Assembly: GCA_903915725.1 (NCBI GenBank)
Contig: CAIWTY010000068.1
Location: forward strand, 5,211-69,210
Length of the DNA: 64,000 nucleotides
DNA from: an uncultured Rhodopila sp.
GTDB taxonomy: Bacteria > Pseudomonadota > Alphaproteobacteria > Acetobacterales > Acetobacteraceae
Direction of reading: 5' to 3'
Shown here: piece after piece, positions 1-7,766 of the stretch
How the letters are laid out: each line of letters opens with the position of its first letter
How positions within the stretch are numbered: position 1 is the stretch's first letter
Program-made: the position numbers and the translations under genes
Notes under the pieces: model-generated
Seen by the model: only the letters and a program-made list of their open reading frames with translations
What the model was told of the DNA's origin: nothing
Database searches by the model: none

Positions 1-1
1 C

Positions 2-289
2 AACTACGCCGCCGCGAAATCCGGTATTCACGGCTTCACCAAGGCGCTGGCGCTGGAAGGCGCGCGCTACGGCATCACCGTGAACGCGTTGGCGCCCGGC
101 TACGTTGATACCGAAATGGTCCGCGCCGTGCCGGCCGAAGTCCTCAAGAAGATCGTCGCGAAGATCCCGGTTGGCCGCATTGGCCATGCCGAGGACATTG
201 CCCGCGGGGTTGCGTTCCTGACCGCGGAAGACGCCGGGTTCGTTACCGGTTCGACGATTTCGATCAACGGCGGCATGTTCATGTACTGA
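2..289 (+). CDS. phaB: Acetoacetyl-CoA reductase / SDR oxidoreductase, 3' part (runs off the left edge)
   Basis: Frame from base 2 reads NYAAAKSGIHGFTKALALE...NALAPGYVDTEMV...TGSTISINGGMFMY; YxxxK catalytic motif and PhaB-like C-terminus. Confidence 0.75.
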   Translation, partial: NYAAAKSGIHGFTKALALEGARYGITVNALAPGYVDTEMVRAVPAEVLKKIVAKIPVGRIGHAEDIARGVAFLTAEDAGFVTGSTISINGGMFMY

Positions 290-348
290 TGCAGGCGGGG
301 TGGGCTTCGGTCCACCCCGGCTCTTCCCACGCCGCGCGGCCTCGGCCC

Positions 349-1128
349 CTATGCCGCGGTTCCCAGATATGCCTGGATAACAGCCGGATTCTGCTGCACC
401 TGCTCCGGCCGTCCGTCGGCGATCTTGCGGCCGAAATTCACCACAACAACCTTGTCGGACACCGACATCACCAGGCTCATGTGATGTTCGACCAGTAGCA
501 CGGTGACCCCCTGTACGTCGCGCACCCGCCGGATCTGGCTTTCAAGCGTGTGAACCTCTTCGTGGTTCAGTCCGGCCGCCGGCTCATCCAGCAGCAACAG
601 CTTGGGTTCGGCCGCCAGCGCGCGCGCGAGTTCGACCCGCTTACGAATCGGAAACGGCAGGCCGGCGGCGATGCGGTGGGTGAAGGCGCCGAGGTTCATG
701 AACTCGATCAGTTCCATGGCCTTGTCTCGCGCCGCCGCCTCCCCCCGCGATACGAACGGCAGGCGCAGCGCGTTGGCCGCGAAGCCGCCGCTGGTGCGGC
801 TGTGCCGACCGATCATTACATTTTCCAGGACGGTCAGGCGGTCGAACAGCGCCACGTTCTGGAAGGTGCGTCCGATGCCGATCGGCGCGATGCGATGGCG
901 GACAAAAGAGAGGATTGATCTATTTTCGAACAGGATATCTCCTGCCGCGGGCTGGTAGAGCCGGCTCAGGCAGTTGAACAAGGTGGTCTTGCCGGCACCG
1001 TTCGGGCCGATAAGACCGGCGATTTGCCCGGGTGCGACATCGAAACTGACGTTGTCGAGCGCAACAACGCCACCGAAGCGAAGCGTAACGCCCTGGACTG
1101 ACAAGAGCGGTTCGGCGGCGTCTATCAT
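349..1128 (-). CDS. Branched-chain amino acid ABC transporter ATP-binding subunit (LivG-like)
   Basis: Walker A GPNGAGKTT, RTFQN, LLLDEPAAGLN, LVEHHM, C-terminal VIQAYLG. Confidence 0.9.
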   Translation of the reverse strand: MIDAAEPLLSVQGVTLRFGGVVALDNVSFDVAPGQIAGLIGPNGAGKTTLFNCLSRLYQPAAGDILFENRSILSFVRHRIAPIGIGRTFQNVALFDRLTVLENVMIGRHSRTSGGFAANALRLPFVSRGEAAARDKAMELIEFMNLGAFTHRIAAGLPFPIRKRVELARALAAEPKLLLLDEPAAGLNHEEVHTLESQIRRVRDVQGVTVLLVEHHMSLVMSVSDKVVVVNFGRKIADGRPEQVQQNPAVIQAYLGTAA

Positions 1129-1510
1129 TGTATTATCGCACCATTTTCGGCCAGAACATTAGCCTGCACGCGGCAACGCCTTCACGCAAGTATCGCCACG
1201 AATGCCCGCCACGGCAACGTGAAAGAACATCTATGGGAGGCGCATTGGATTGTCGTTTCGGTATAATATCGGTATGCGGGACGCCGGGCAGATCGGGATT
1301 CCAATCGCGCCGCCTATAAAGTAGCCGCGATAGCGGGAAGATGCGGGACGGATCGATGCAACCTGGCGCGCCCGTTCTTTGGTCGATACAATCGGACTGG
1401 CTGCACGTCTGGACAGCCGGCGTTCAATCGGCATAGCCTTGCCGCACGGCTATCAAAGGAGAATTCAGGGACCTGCTAACCCTGCACAAGTGGTAGAGGA
1501 AACAACAAGA

Positions 1511-2092
1511 ATGCAAGACTGCGACCCCAGGAATGTCGCCTGGTCCCGGCGTGCCGTGTTGGGGGCCGCGCTGGCCGCGGCACCTCTGCTGATGTCCGCG
1601 GCACGCGCGGACGACGCACCGGATCCCTCGGCCGAACCACCCCAACCTGGCGACCACTTCGTCTATTTGACCGGCCCCAAGATGGGCGAACCTGTCCGAA
1701 GCCAGGATCTGCCTCTTGGGGGGCCCCAGGTGCAGGTTTATCCCGCGGCGCCCGACGGCACGGTGCGGAATGGGTCTCGGCTTAACCTCGTGATTCTGGC
1801 ACGCATCGGAGACGACGGTGTTGACGATGAAACCCGCGCGCGGATGGCCGACGGCGTGGCGGCGTATTCCGGCGTCTGCACCCACCAGGCCTGCCCGGTG
1901 AACATGTGGTCGGCCGAGGCTCATGCCTTTGTTTGTTCTTGCCACGGATCGGTCTACGACCCGAAGGCTGGCGCCGAGGTGCTCGACGGTCCTGCACCGC
2001 GGCATCTCGCCGCGCTGCCGCTGAAATCGGTAGATGGCATCCTGACTGCCGCCGGCGGCTTTACCGGGCACGTCGGAATGCAAATGGGTTGA
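1511..2092 (+). CDS. Tat-exported Rieske [2Fe-2S] protein
   Basis: SRRAVLGAALAA twin-arginine-like leader; Rieske boxes CTHQAC and CSCHGSVY; GPAPRHL. Start 1511 chosen for the GAGGA RBS (ORF track opens at 1379). Confidence 0.85.
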   Translation: MQDCDPRNVAWSRRAVLGAALAAAPLLMSAARADDAPDPSAEPPQPGDHFVYLTGPKMGEPVRSQDLPLGGPQVQVYPAAPDGTVRNGSRLNLVILARIGDDGVDDETRARMADGVAAYSGVCTHQACPVNMWSAEAHAFVCSCHGSVYDPKAGAEVLDGPAPRHLAALPLKSVDGILTAAGGFTGHVGMQMG

Positions 2093-2191
2093 TGCTAATC
2101 GGCAACGGCCGAGGGACCCGCGCTGCCCGCCTGCATCATGATCACGTCGCGCGAATAAACTGACCTGGACGACATCAAGGGAGAAAAAACA

Positions 2192-3913
2192 ATGAAGAAG
2201 CTACTTGTTGGGTCAAGCTTGGCAGTCCTGATGATGGCGGGTACGATCCGCACAGCGAGCAGCGCGGATTACACCCCGGTGACCGATGCCCGTCTGGCCA
2301 ACCCGGAGCCGCAGAACTGGCTGATGACGCGCGGCAATTATCAAGGCTGGAGCTATAGTTCTCTCGACAAGATCAATACCGGCAACGTCAAGAAGCTGAC
2401 GCCGGTGTGGGCGGTGTCGACCGGGGTCGATTCGGGGCATGAGTCGCCGCCGATCGTCAATGACGGGGTGATGTTTGTTAGCACGCCGTATAGCCAGGTG
2501 ATGGCGCTGGATGCGGCGTCGGGTACGTTGCTCTGGCGCTACAAGCGCAGGCTGCCGGAAGGCTTCAGCGCGCTGCACAACACCAGCCGTGGCGTAGCTT
2601 TGTATGGCGACAAGGTTTTCTTCCCGGCGCTGGACGCGGTTCTGGTGGCGCTTGATGCCAAGACCGGAAAGGTCGCATGGCAAGCCAAGGTCGAAGACTG
2701 GAAGACCGGTTACTACATGACGATGGCGCCACTGGTGGTGAAGGGCAAGGTGCTTGTCGGCGTCGCGGGCGGCGAGTTCGGCGTGCGCGGCTTCGTCGAG
2801 GCGTTCGATGCCGACACCGGAAAGTCGGCGTGGAAGACCTATACCATTCCGGCTCCCGGCGAAGCCGGCAGCGAAACATGGCAAAAGCCCGATACCTGGA
2901 AGACCGGCGGCGCATCCACCTGGATGACCGGCAATTACGATTCAGCTACGAACACGGTGTATTGGGGCACCGGCAATGGCTCGCCGTGGTTTGGCGATCA
3001 GCGGCCCGGGGATAACCTGTATACATCTTCGACGGTCGCCCTGGATGGGGATACCGGCAAGATCAAGGGGCACTTCCAGTATCATCAGAATGAATCGTGG
3101 GACTGGGACGCGATGAACGCGCCGATGCTGGTTGATTTCCAACAGAATGGAGCGACCACGAAAGGCCTGCTGACACCGCAGCGCAACGGTTACCTGTATT
3201 GGCTTGGGCGCAACGGTGACGGCAGCATTTCCTACCTGAAGTCCGAAGCCTATGTCCCGCAGAATGTGTTCAAGGGCATCGACGAGGAAACCGGCCGCCC
3301 GGACGTTGACCCGGCGCACAAGCCGGGGACAGGCAAGTCCGCACAGTTCTGTCCCGGTTTGTGGGGCGGCAAGGACTGGCCCTACGAGGCGTATAATCCG
3401 AAAACCGGTATCGTTTACATTCCGTCGAACGAAAACCACTGCAATACACTTGAGGGCAAAGTGGAGCAGCGGGTTCCCGGCCAGTGGTGGACGGGCGTGG
3501 CGATTCCGGACCTGCATTTCTCGGTCGATACGAAGGCGGGTTTCTACGGCGAACTGCAAGCCTATGACGTCAACACCGGCAAGCGCGTCTGGCGGGATAC
3601 ATTCAAGGACTCGATGATGTGGGGTTCGGCGCTGACAACCGCGGGCGACCTGGTCTTCGCCGGCGGCACCAACGACCGAAAGTTCCGCGCCTATGATGCC
3701 AAATCAGGTGAGGAACTCTGGCAGTTCACCACAAACTCCGGCATCATTGCGCCACCGTCGACATTTGAGGTGAACGGCACGCAATACATCGCTGTCGCCT
3801 CCGGCTATGGTGTCGATCCGGCGTTCCAGGAGGGCTTGATGGCCAATTTGGTTGGCTGGAATGCGGACGTGCCGCAAGGCGGCGTGATCTGGGTGTTTGC
3901 GGTTTCGAAGTAA
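2192..3913 (+). CDS. PQQ-dependent dehydrogenase (methanol/ethanol family), no vicinal Cys-Cys
   Basis: Signal peptide; NWLMTRGNYQGWSYS; ESPPIV; GGEFGVRG; YWGTGN; GDNLYTSS; SWDWD; CPGLWGGKDW; W-docking repeats. Confidence 0.92.
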   Translation: MKKLLVGSSLAVLMMAGTIRTASSADYTPVTDARLANPEPQNWLMTRGNYQGWSYSSLDKINTGNVKKLTPVWAVSTGVDSGHESPPIVNDGVMFVSTPYSQVMALDAASGTLLWRYKRRLPEGFSALHNTSRGVALYGDKVFFPALDAVLVALDAKTGKVAWQAKVEDWKTGYYMTMAPLVVKGKVLVGVAGGEFGVRGFVEAFDADTGKSAWKTYTIPAPGEAGSETWQKPDTWKTGGASTWMTGNYDSATNTVYWGTGNGSPWFGDQRPGDNLYTSSTVALDGDTGKIKGHFQYHQNESWDWDAMNAPMLVDFQQNGATTKGLLTPQRNGYLYWLGRNGDGSISYLKSEAYVPQNVFKGIDEETGRPDVDPAHKPGTGKSAQFCPGLWGGKDWPYEAYNPKTGIVYIPSNENHCNTLEGKVEQRVPGQWWTGVAIPDLHFSVDTKAGFYGELQAYDVNTGKRVWRDTFKDSMMWGSALTTAGDLVFAGGTNDRKFRAYDAKSGEELWQFTTNSGIIAPPSTFEVNGTQYIAVASGYGVDPAFQEGLMANLVGWNADVPQGGVIWVFAVSK

Positions 3914-3922
3914 AATAGCTAT

Positions 3923-3957
3923 GCCAGCCACCACAGAAAATGGCGGCTGGCCTTTTT
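3923..3957 (+). terminator. Probable intrinsic terminator after PQQ dehydrogenase 1
   Basis: GCCAGCC...GGCTGGC stem followed by a T5 run, about 10 nt after the stop codon. Confidence 0.6.
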
Positions 3958-3979
3958 CCTATGGGATTGGGATAGGTTC

Positions 3980-4417
3980 ATGCGCACCATCATTTTGCCC
4001 CGGCGCCGCGCCCTGGCGCTGGCTGCCGCCGGTTGGACGGCCTTGGCCGTTGACCGGACCATTGCTGCCGAGGAGTCGGCCGCCTATGTCGTCGATGTCA
4101 GCGATGTCACCGTTAAAGTCGGTGAGCCCGCGGTCATGCTTGCCACTGCCAGAGTCCGTGACGGATACCGGATACTCACGGCCTACAACAACCGCGTTAT
4201 CCGGCTGTCTTCGTACGACGATGGCGTCATCTTCGATAACGATATGGTCCCGGCCAAAGTCGATGACCGGGCCCTGGTGTTTCCGGTCGGGTTGCGCGCC
4301 GTCAAACCGGGGACGCATCCGATCAACGGGCTGCTGCGCGTCGGCTACATCCATGGCACTGATGAAATGGCCATGGTGTCGATGCGGCTGATCGCCAGCG
4401 TTACGGCAAAGGACTAA
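3980..4417 (+). CDS. Hypothetical exported protein (RRR leader, beta-rich)
   Basis: 145-aa ORF with PRRRALALAAAG leader and AxA site; no family recognised. Confidence 0.65.
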   Translation: MRTIILPRRRALALAAAGWTALAVDRTIAAEESAAYVVDVSDVTVKVGEPAVMLATARVRDGYRILTAYNNRVIRLSSYDDGVIFDNDMVPAKVDDRALVFPVGLRAVKPGTHPINGLLRVGYIHGTDEMAMVSMRLIASVTAKD

Positions 4418-4421
4418 CCTG

Positions 4422-5060
4422 CTACCCGGGCGCCTTCAGGATCGTCAGTTGGGTCGCGTCGGTGAAGTCACGCAAATCCTTCGCCGGGTCGCGAAACAGC
4501 TGACGGTCAAGCAGGAAGCGGCGCGATTCCGTCAGCTTTTCGCAATGTTCGTTGACGAACACCCCACCGACCGGCTGCTCGGTTGCTGTTGGCTCAGTCT
4601 TACGGCAGGTCCACCCATCGTCGCCGAACCTTGCTCGTACTTGCAGGGCAAACAGATAAGCCTTCTTGTGCAGATACAGCCGGGTGTGCGGATCGGTTTC
4701 GATCCGAAGTCCCGCAACCCCGGCCGAGTCGTCGATCAGCAAAGCCAGAGTAACGGGCTGACCGCCAACGATGGTCTGGCCGTCGTCACTGCCGGTATCG
4801 TAGCGGAAGCTGACGGCCCGCAGACCGTCAGATGCCGCCGGACACGCCTTGTAGTCTTGCCAGTCCTCGATTTTCCGCGACGAATCGTTGGCGCAGGCGA
4901 ACGCGCCGTATCCGCTCTGCGGCAAGGCTGACACCGGCATGCCAACCCGGAATTCACGCAAATCGTTCTGTGGCGCAGGGCCGGCGGCGGCGCATAGCGG
5001 CAGCAAGATGGCGGCGGCCAGTACGGGTCCGTGCGATTTCATGACCTTACTTCTCCGCAT
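4422..5060 (-). CDS. Hypothetical exported protein with paired cysteines
   Basis: Signal-like N-terminus, four Cys in the mature part, overlaps the end of the cytochrome c gene. Confidence 0.7.
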   Translation of the reverse strand: MRRSKVMKSHGPVLAAAILLPLCAAAGPAPQNDLREFRVGMPVSALPQSGYGAFACANDSSRKIEDWQDYKACPAASDGLRAVSFRYDTGSDDGQTIVGGQPVTLALLIDDSAGVAGLRIETDPHTRLYLHKKAYLFALQVRARFGDDGWTCRKTEPTATEQPVGGVFVNEHCEKLTESRRFLLDRQLFRDPAKDLRDFTDATQLTILKAPG

Positions 5061-5658
5061 CCTGATGGGGGGCGTTTGAATCAGTCGCCGCTTCGACTTT
5101 CATATGATGATGGGTCTCAGCCGTTTCCTGTTGTTCCGCTGAGGCGTGCTGGGTTCCCCCCTCGTCCTGCTTCGCATACATGTCGCAGACTCGGCTTCCT
5201 GCACCGAAGAAGGAATGACACTGATCGAGCGTCGCCTCGCCCTGCCCCTTGATGTTCGCAACCACATATTTTGCGACCGCGTCGATATCTGCCTGACGCA
5301 GCGGGTGATCGGCTTCGGGCGGTATCCGGCCGGGCTCGAGCTGCGACGCCTTCATTCCGTAGCAGCGACCATCCGTGTAAGCGTCGGGATCGAAATGCGG
5401 CATGCCTTTCGAAATGCGCCCGCAACGTATGGTCAACTCGATCTGCTCCAGCGTCAGCTTGGTCTTCCGCAGATTGGCTGCCGCGCCACCATAGCCGCCG
5501 CCGCCGGCGCCGGTCCATTTATGGCACCCCACGCAGTTCGCTGCCTTGAAGACCCGAAGCCCCTCGTCTGTGGAGTTGGCATCCGCCCGCGCAATGCCCG
5601 AGCCAGCCATCATCGCCGCGAAAACCGCAGCCGATACGTAACGGAAGCGTTTCATCAT
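5047..5658 (-). CDS. Monoheme c-type cytochrome
   Basis: Signal peptide; CVGCH heme motif; GMPHF distal Met; four extra Cys. Confidence 0.85.
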   Translation of the reverse strand: MMKRFRYVSAAVFAAMMAGSGIARADANSTDEGLRVFKAANCVGCHKWTGAGGGGYGGAAANLRKTKLTLEQIELTIRCGRISKGMPHFDPDAYTDGRCYGMKASQLEPGRIPPEADHPLRQADIDAVAKYVVANIKGQGEATLDQCHSFFGAGSRVCDMYAKQDEGGTQHASAEQQETAETHHHMKVEAATDSNAPHQDAEK

Positions 5659-5686
5659 GATATGAATCCTTCCTGCAATGAGGTCT

Positions 5687-5713
5687 GGCGGGACGGGTTT
5701 GAAACCCGCCCCG
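5687..5713. repeat. REP-like hairpin GGCGGGACGGGTTTGAAACCCGCCCCG
   Basis: Inverted repeat GGGTTT-G-AAACCC with extended GC arms in the PQQ-DH2/cytochrome c spacer. Confidence 0.5.
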
Positions 5714-5722
5714 GCGAAAACA

Positions 5723-7483
5723 TCAGTTCAGCGAAAAGACGTAGAGCGATGAACCCGGAGGCATTCCCTTGAGCTCCGGCGTCGACTCAATAAACCATTT
5801 GTCCCAGGCGCCGCCCTGGCCAACGAGAATCGCAACATATTGCTTGCCGTCGGACGTAAACGTCATCGGCGGCGCGTTGACCCCCCCGCCGGTATTGAAG
5901 CTCCAGAGCTCCTGAAGAGTCTTTGCGTCCAGAGCTGCAACTTTGCCGTCGGGTTGGCCGTAGAACACCAGATCCGGCGTGGTCAGCAGTCCGCCCAGCA
6001 TCGGAAAAGGTGTCTCGTGCTTGCCGACTTCCTTGCCTGTCGTTACGTCGATCGCGGTGACGCTGCCGGTAATCCGCACCGGCTGGTCCGGTCCGCCGCC
6101 GGTGAAGAATTCCCGCTTGCCGACAGGCTTGCCCGGCGTTTCCGGTTTAACCGTGATGCGGTTGCAACTTTCGATAACCGGAATATACCATTGCTTCAGC
6201 ACCGGATTATACGCCGTCGGTGGCCAGTTCTTGCCACCCATGTTGCCCGGGCAGATCATCGTCACCGGGTTTTCCTTACTCGGTGTGACGGACGCGTTGT
6301 ACTTCTGTACCGGCAACTTCGGATCGTACTCCACCGGCTTGCCGGTTTCCGGGTCGAGTCCTTTCGTCCACGTCACCTTCTTGACAAATGGCAGACCCCA
6401 AACGAACTGTCCATTGTCGCGATCAACCGCATAGGCAAACCCGTTGCGGTCCGCTTCCAAATCCAGGTGCCTCGGCTGGCCGTGCACCGGCGCGTCGGCC
6501 AGCACGTTTTCCGCCACGCTGTCATAATCGAACGCATCGTTTGGTGTATGCTGGAAGTGCCACTTGATCTTGCCGCTATCAACATCAAGCGCCAAAGTGC
6601 TGTCGGTATACAGATTATCGCCAGGCCGGTATTCCGAGTCCCAGTCTGGCCCCGGGTTGCCGACACCCCAGAACAGGGTATTCGTCCGGGGATCATAACT
6701 ACCGGTCACCCAGGTCGAGCCACCGCCGGTGGCCGCCGCATTGTTGCTGTCCTTCCAGGTCTCGCTGCCGGGCTCGCCCTTTGCCGGAATCGTGTATGTG
6801 CGCCAAACCTCCTTCTGCGACGTTAGATCGGTGGCGGCGATCCAGCCGCGGATGCCATACTCGGCGCCCGCTACCCCCGTAATGACCATATTCTTCACGA
6901 CCAGCGGTGCGCCGGTGATAACCTCGCTCTTATCCGGGTCCGCAACCTGTCTCTGCCACGCGATCTGGCCAGTGTCCTTGTTGGTGGCGATCAACCGTCC
7001 GTCCAGAGAGTGCGACAGCACCAGGTTGCCCGACAGCGCGACCCCTCGATTGTCTACGCCGCAGCAGGCCACAGCGCCGGCCCAGTCATGGTCCGTCTTC
7101 GGGTCCATGCGCCACAGCACCTTTGCCTGACCGCCCTTCGTATCGATCTTGTAAACCGATCCCCAGCCGTCCGTCACATACATAAAACCATTCTCGACGA
7201 GAGGCGTGCCTTCCAGGCCGCCATGCGACCAGATTCCCCCCCCTTCGATTCCACCGAGCTGAAGTGTCCAGGCGACATGCAGATTCTTGACGTTATCCTT
7301 ATTGATCTGGTTCAGCGGAGAAAAGCGCTGTGCTGCGTAATCTCTATGATGCGTCAGCCAGTTCCCCGCATCCGAATCCGCGTTCAGCAATTGCTCCGGT
7401 GTCACCCCATCGGCGGCGAAGACGGCCGGCGCGCTGCCGAGGATCAGCGCGACGGCCGCCGCCACGCATGTGTTTTTTACCAT
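5723..7483 (-). CDS. PQQ-dependent alcohol dehydrogenase with vicinal Cys-Cys
   Basis: NWLTHHRDYAAQRFSPLNQIN; EGTPLV; VACCGVDNRG; GAEYGIRG; PNDAFDYD; CPGNMGGKNW. Confidence 0.92.
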   Translation of the reverse strand: MVKNTCVAAAVALILGSAPAVFAADGVTPEQLLNADSDAGNWLTHHRDYAAQRFSPLNQINKDNVKNLHVAWTLQLGGIEGGGIWSHGGLEGTPLVENGFMYVTDGWGSVYKIDTKGGQAKVLWRMDPKTDHDWAGAVACCGVDNRGVALSGNLVLSHSLDGRLIATNKDTGQIAWQRQVADPDKSEVITGAPLVVKNMVITGVAGAEYGIRGWIAATDLTSQKEVWRTYTIPAKGEPGSETWKDSNNAAATGGGSTWVTGSYDPRTNTLFWGVGNPGPDWDSEYRPGDNLYTDSTLALDVDSGKIKWHFQHTPNDAFDYDSVAENVLADAPVHGQPRHLDLEADRNGFAYAVDRDNGQFVWGLPFVKKVTWTKGLDPETGKPVEYDPKLPVQKYNASVTPSKENPVTMICPGNMGGKNWPPTAYNPVLKQWYIPVIESCNRITVKPETPGKPVGKREFFTGGGPDQPVRITGSVTAIDVTTGKEVGKHETPFPMLGGLLTTPDLVFYGQPDGKVAALDAKTLQELWSFNTGGGVNAPPMTFTSDGKQYVAILVGQGGAWDKWFIESTPELKGMPPGSSLYVFSLN

Positions 7484-7513
7484 TCGTTTTCCTTCCCTTA
7501 GCTGATTGAGCTG

Positions 7514-7753
7514 TTATTTCCCGTTGGCTTCGACTTTCGCTTTTTCGCTGTTGTTCATTCCCTTAACTGTTTTGTCCTGGTCGGTCGCTCCTGTCGTGCG
7601 GGTCGTGGTGGCAGCCGGTGCCGACGACGGCACCGACTTTTCAACCGCTGGCCCGTTGCCGATATGCGGTTTGGATACAGCATCATCTGCCAGCACGGCC
7701 CTGCCTGAGAGCAACAGGGCAGCAATACCGAAGGTCAATGACGATTTCCTCAC
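7514..7753 (-). CDS. Small exported low-complexity protein (79 aa)
   Basis: GTG start 13 nt after the iorB stop; MRKSSLTFGIAALLLSGRAVLA signal peptide; Thr/Ala/Lys-rich remainder. Confidence 0.55.
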   Translation of the reverse strand: MRKSSLTFGIAALLLSGRAVLADDAVSKPHIGNGPAVEKSVPSSAPAATTTRTTGATDQDKTVKGMNNSEKAKVEANGK

Positions 7754-7766
7754 AGATTCGTCCCTG

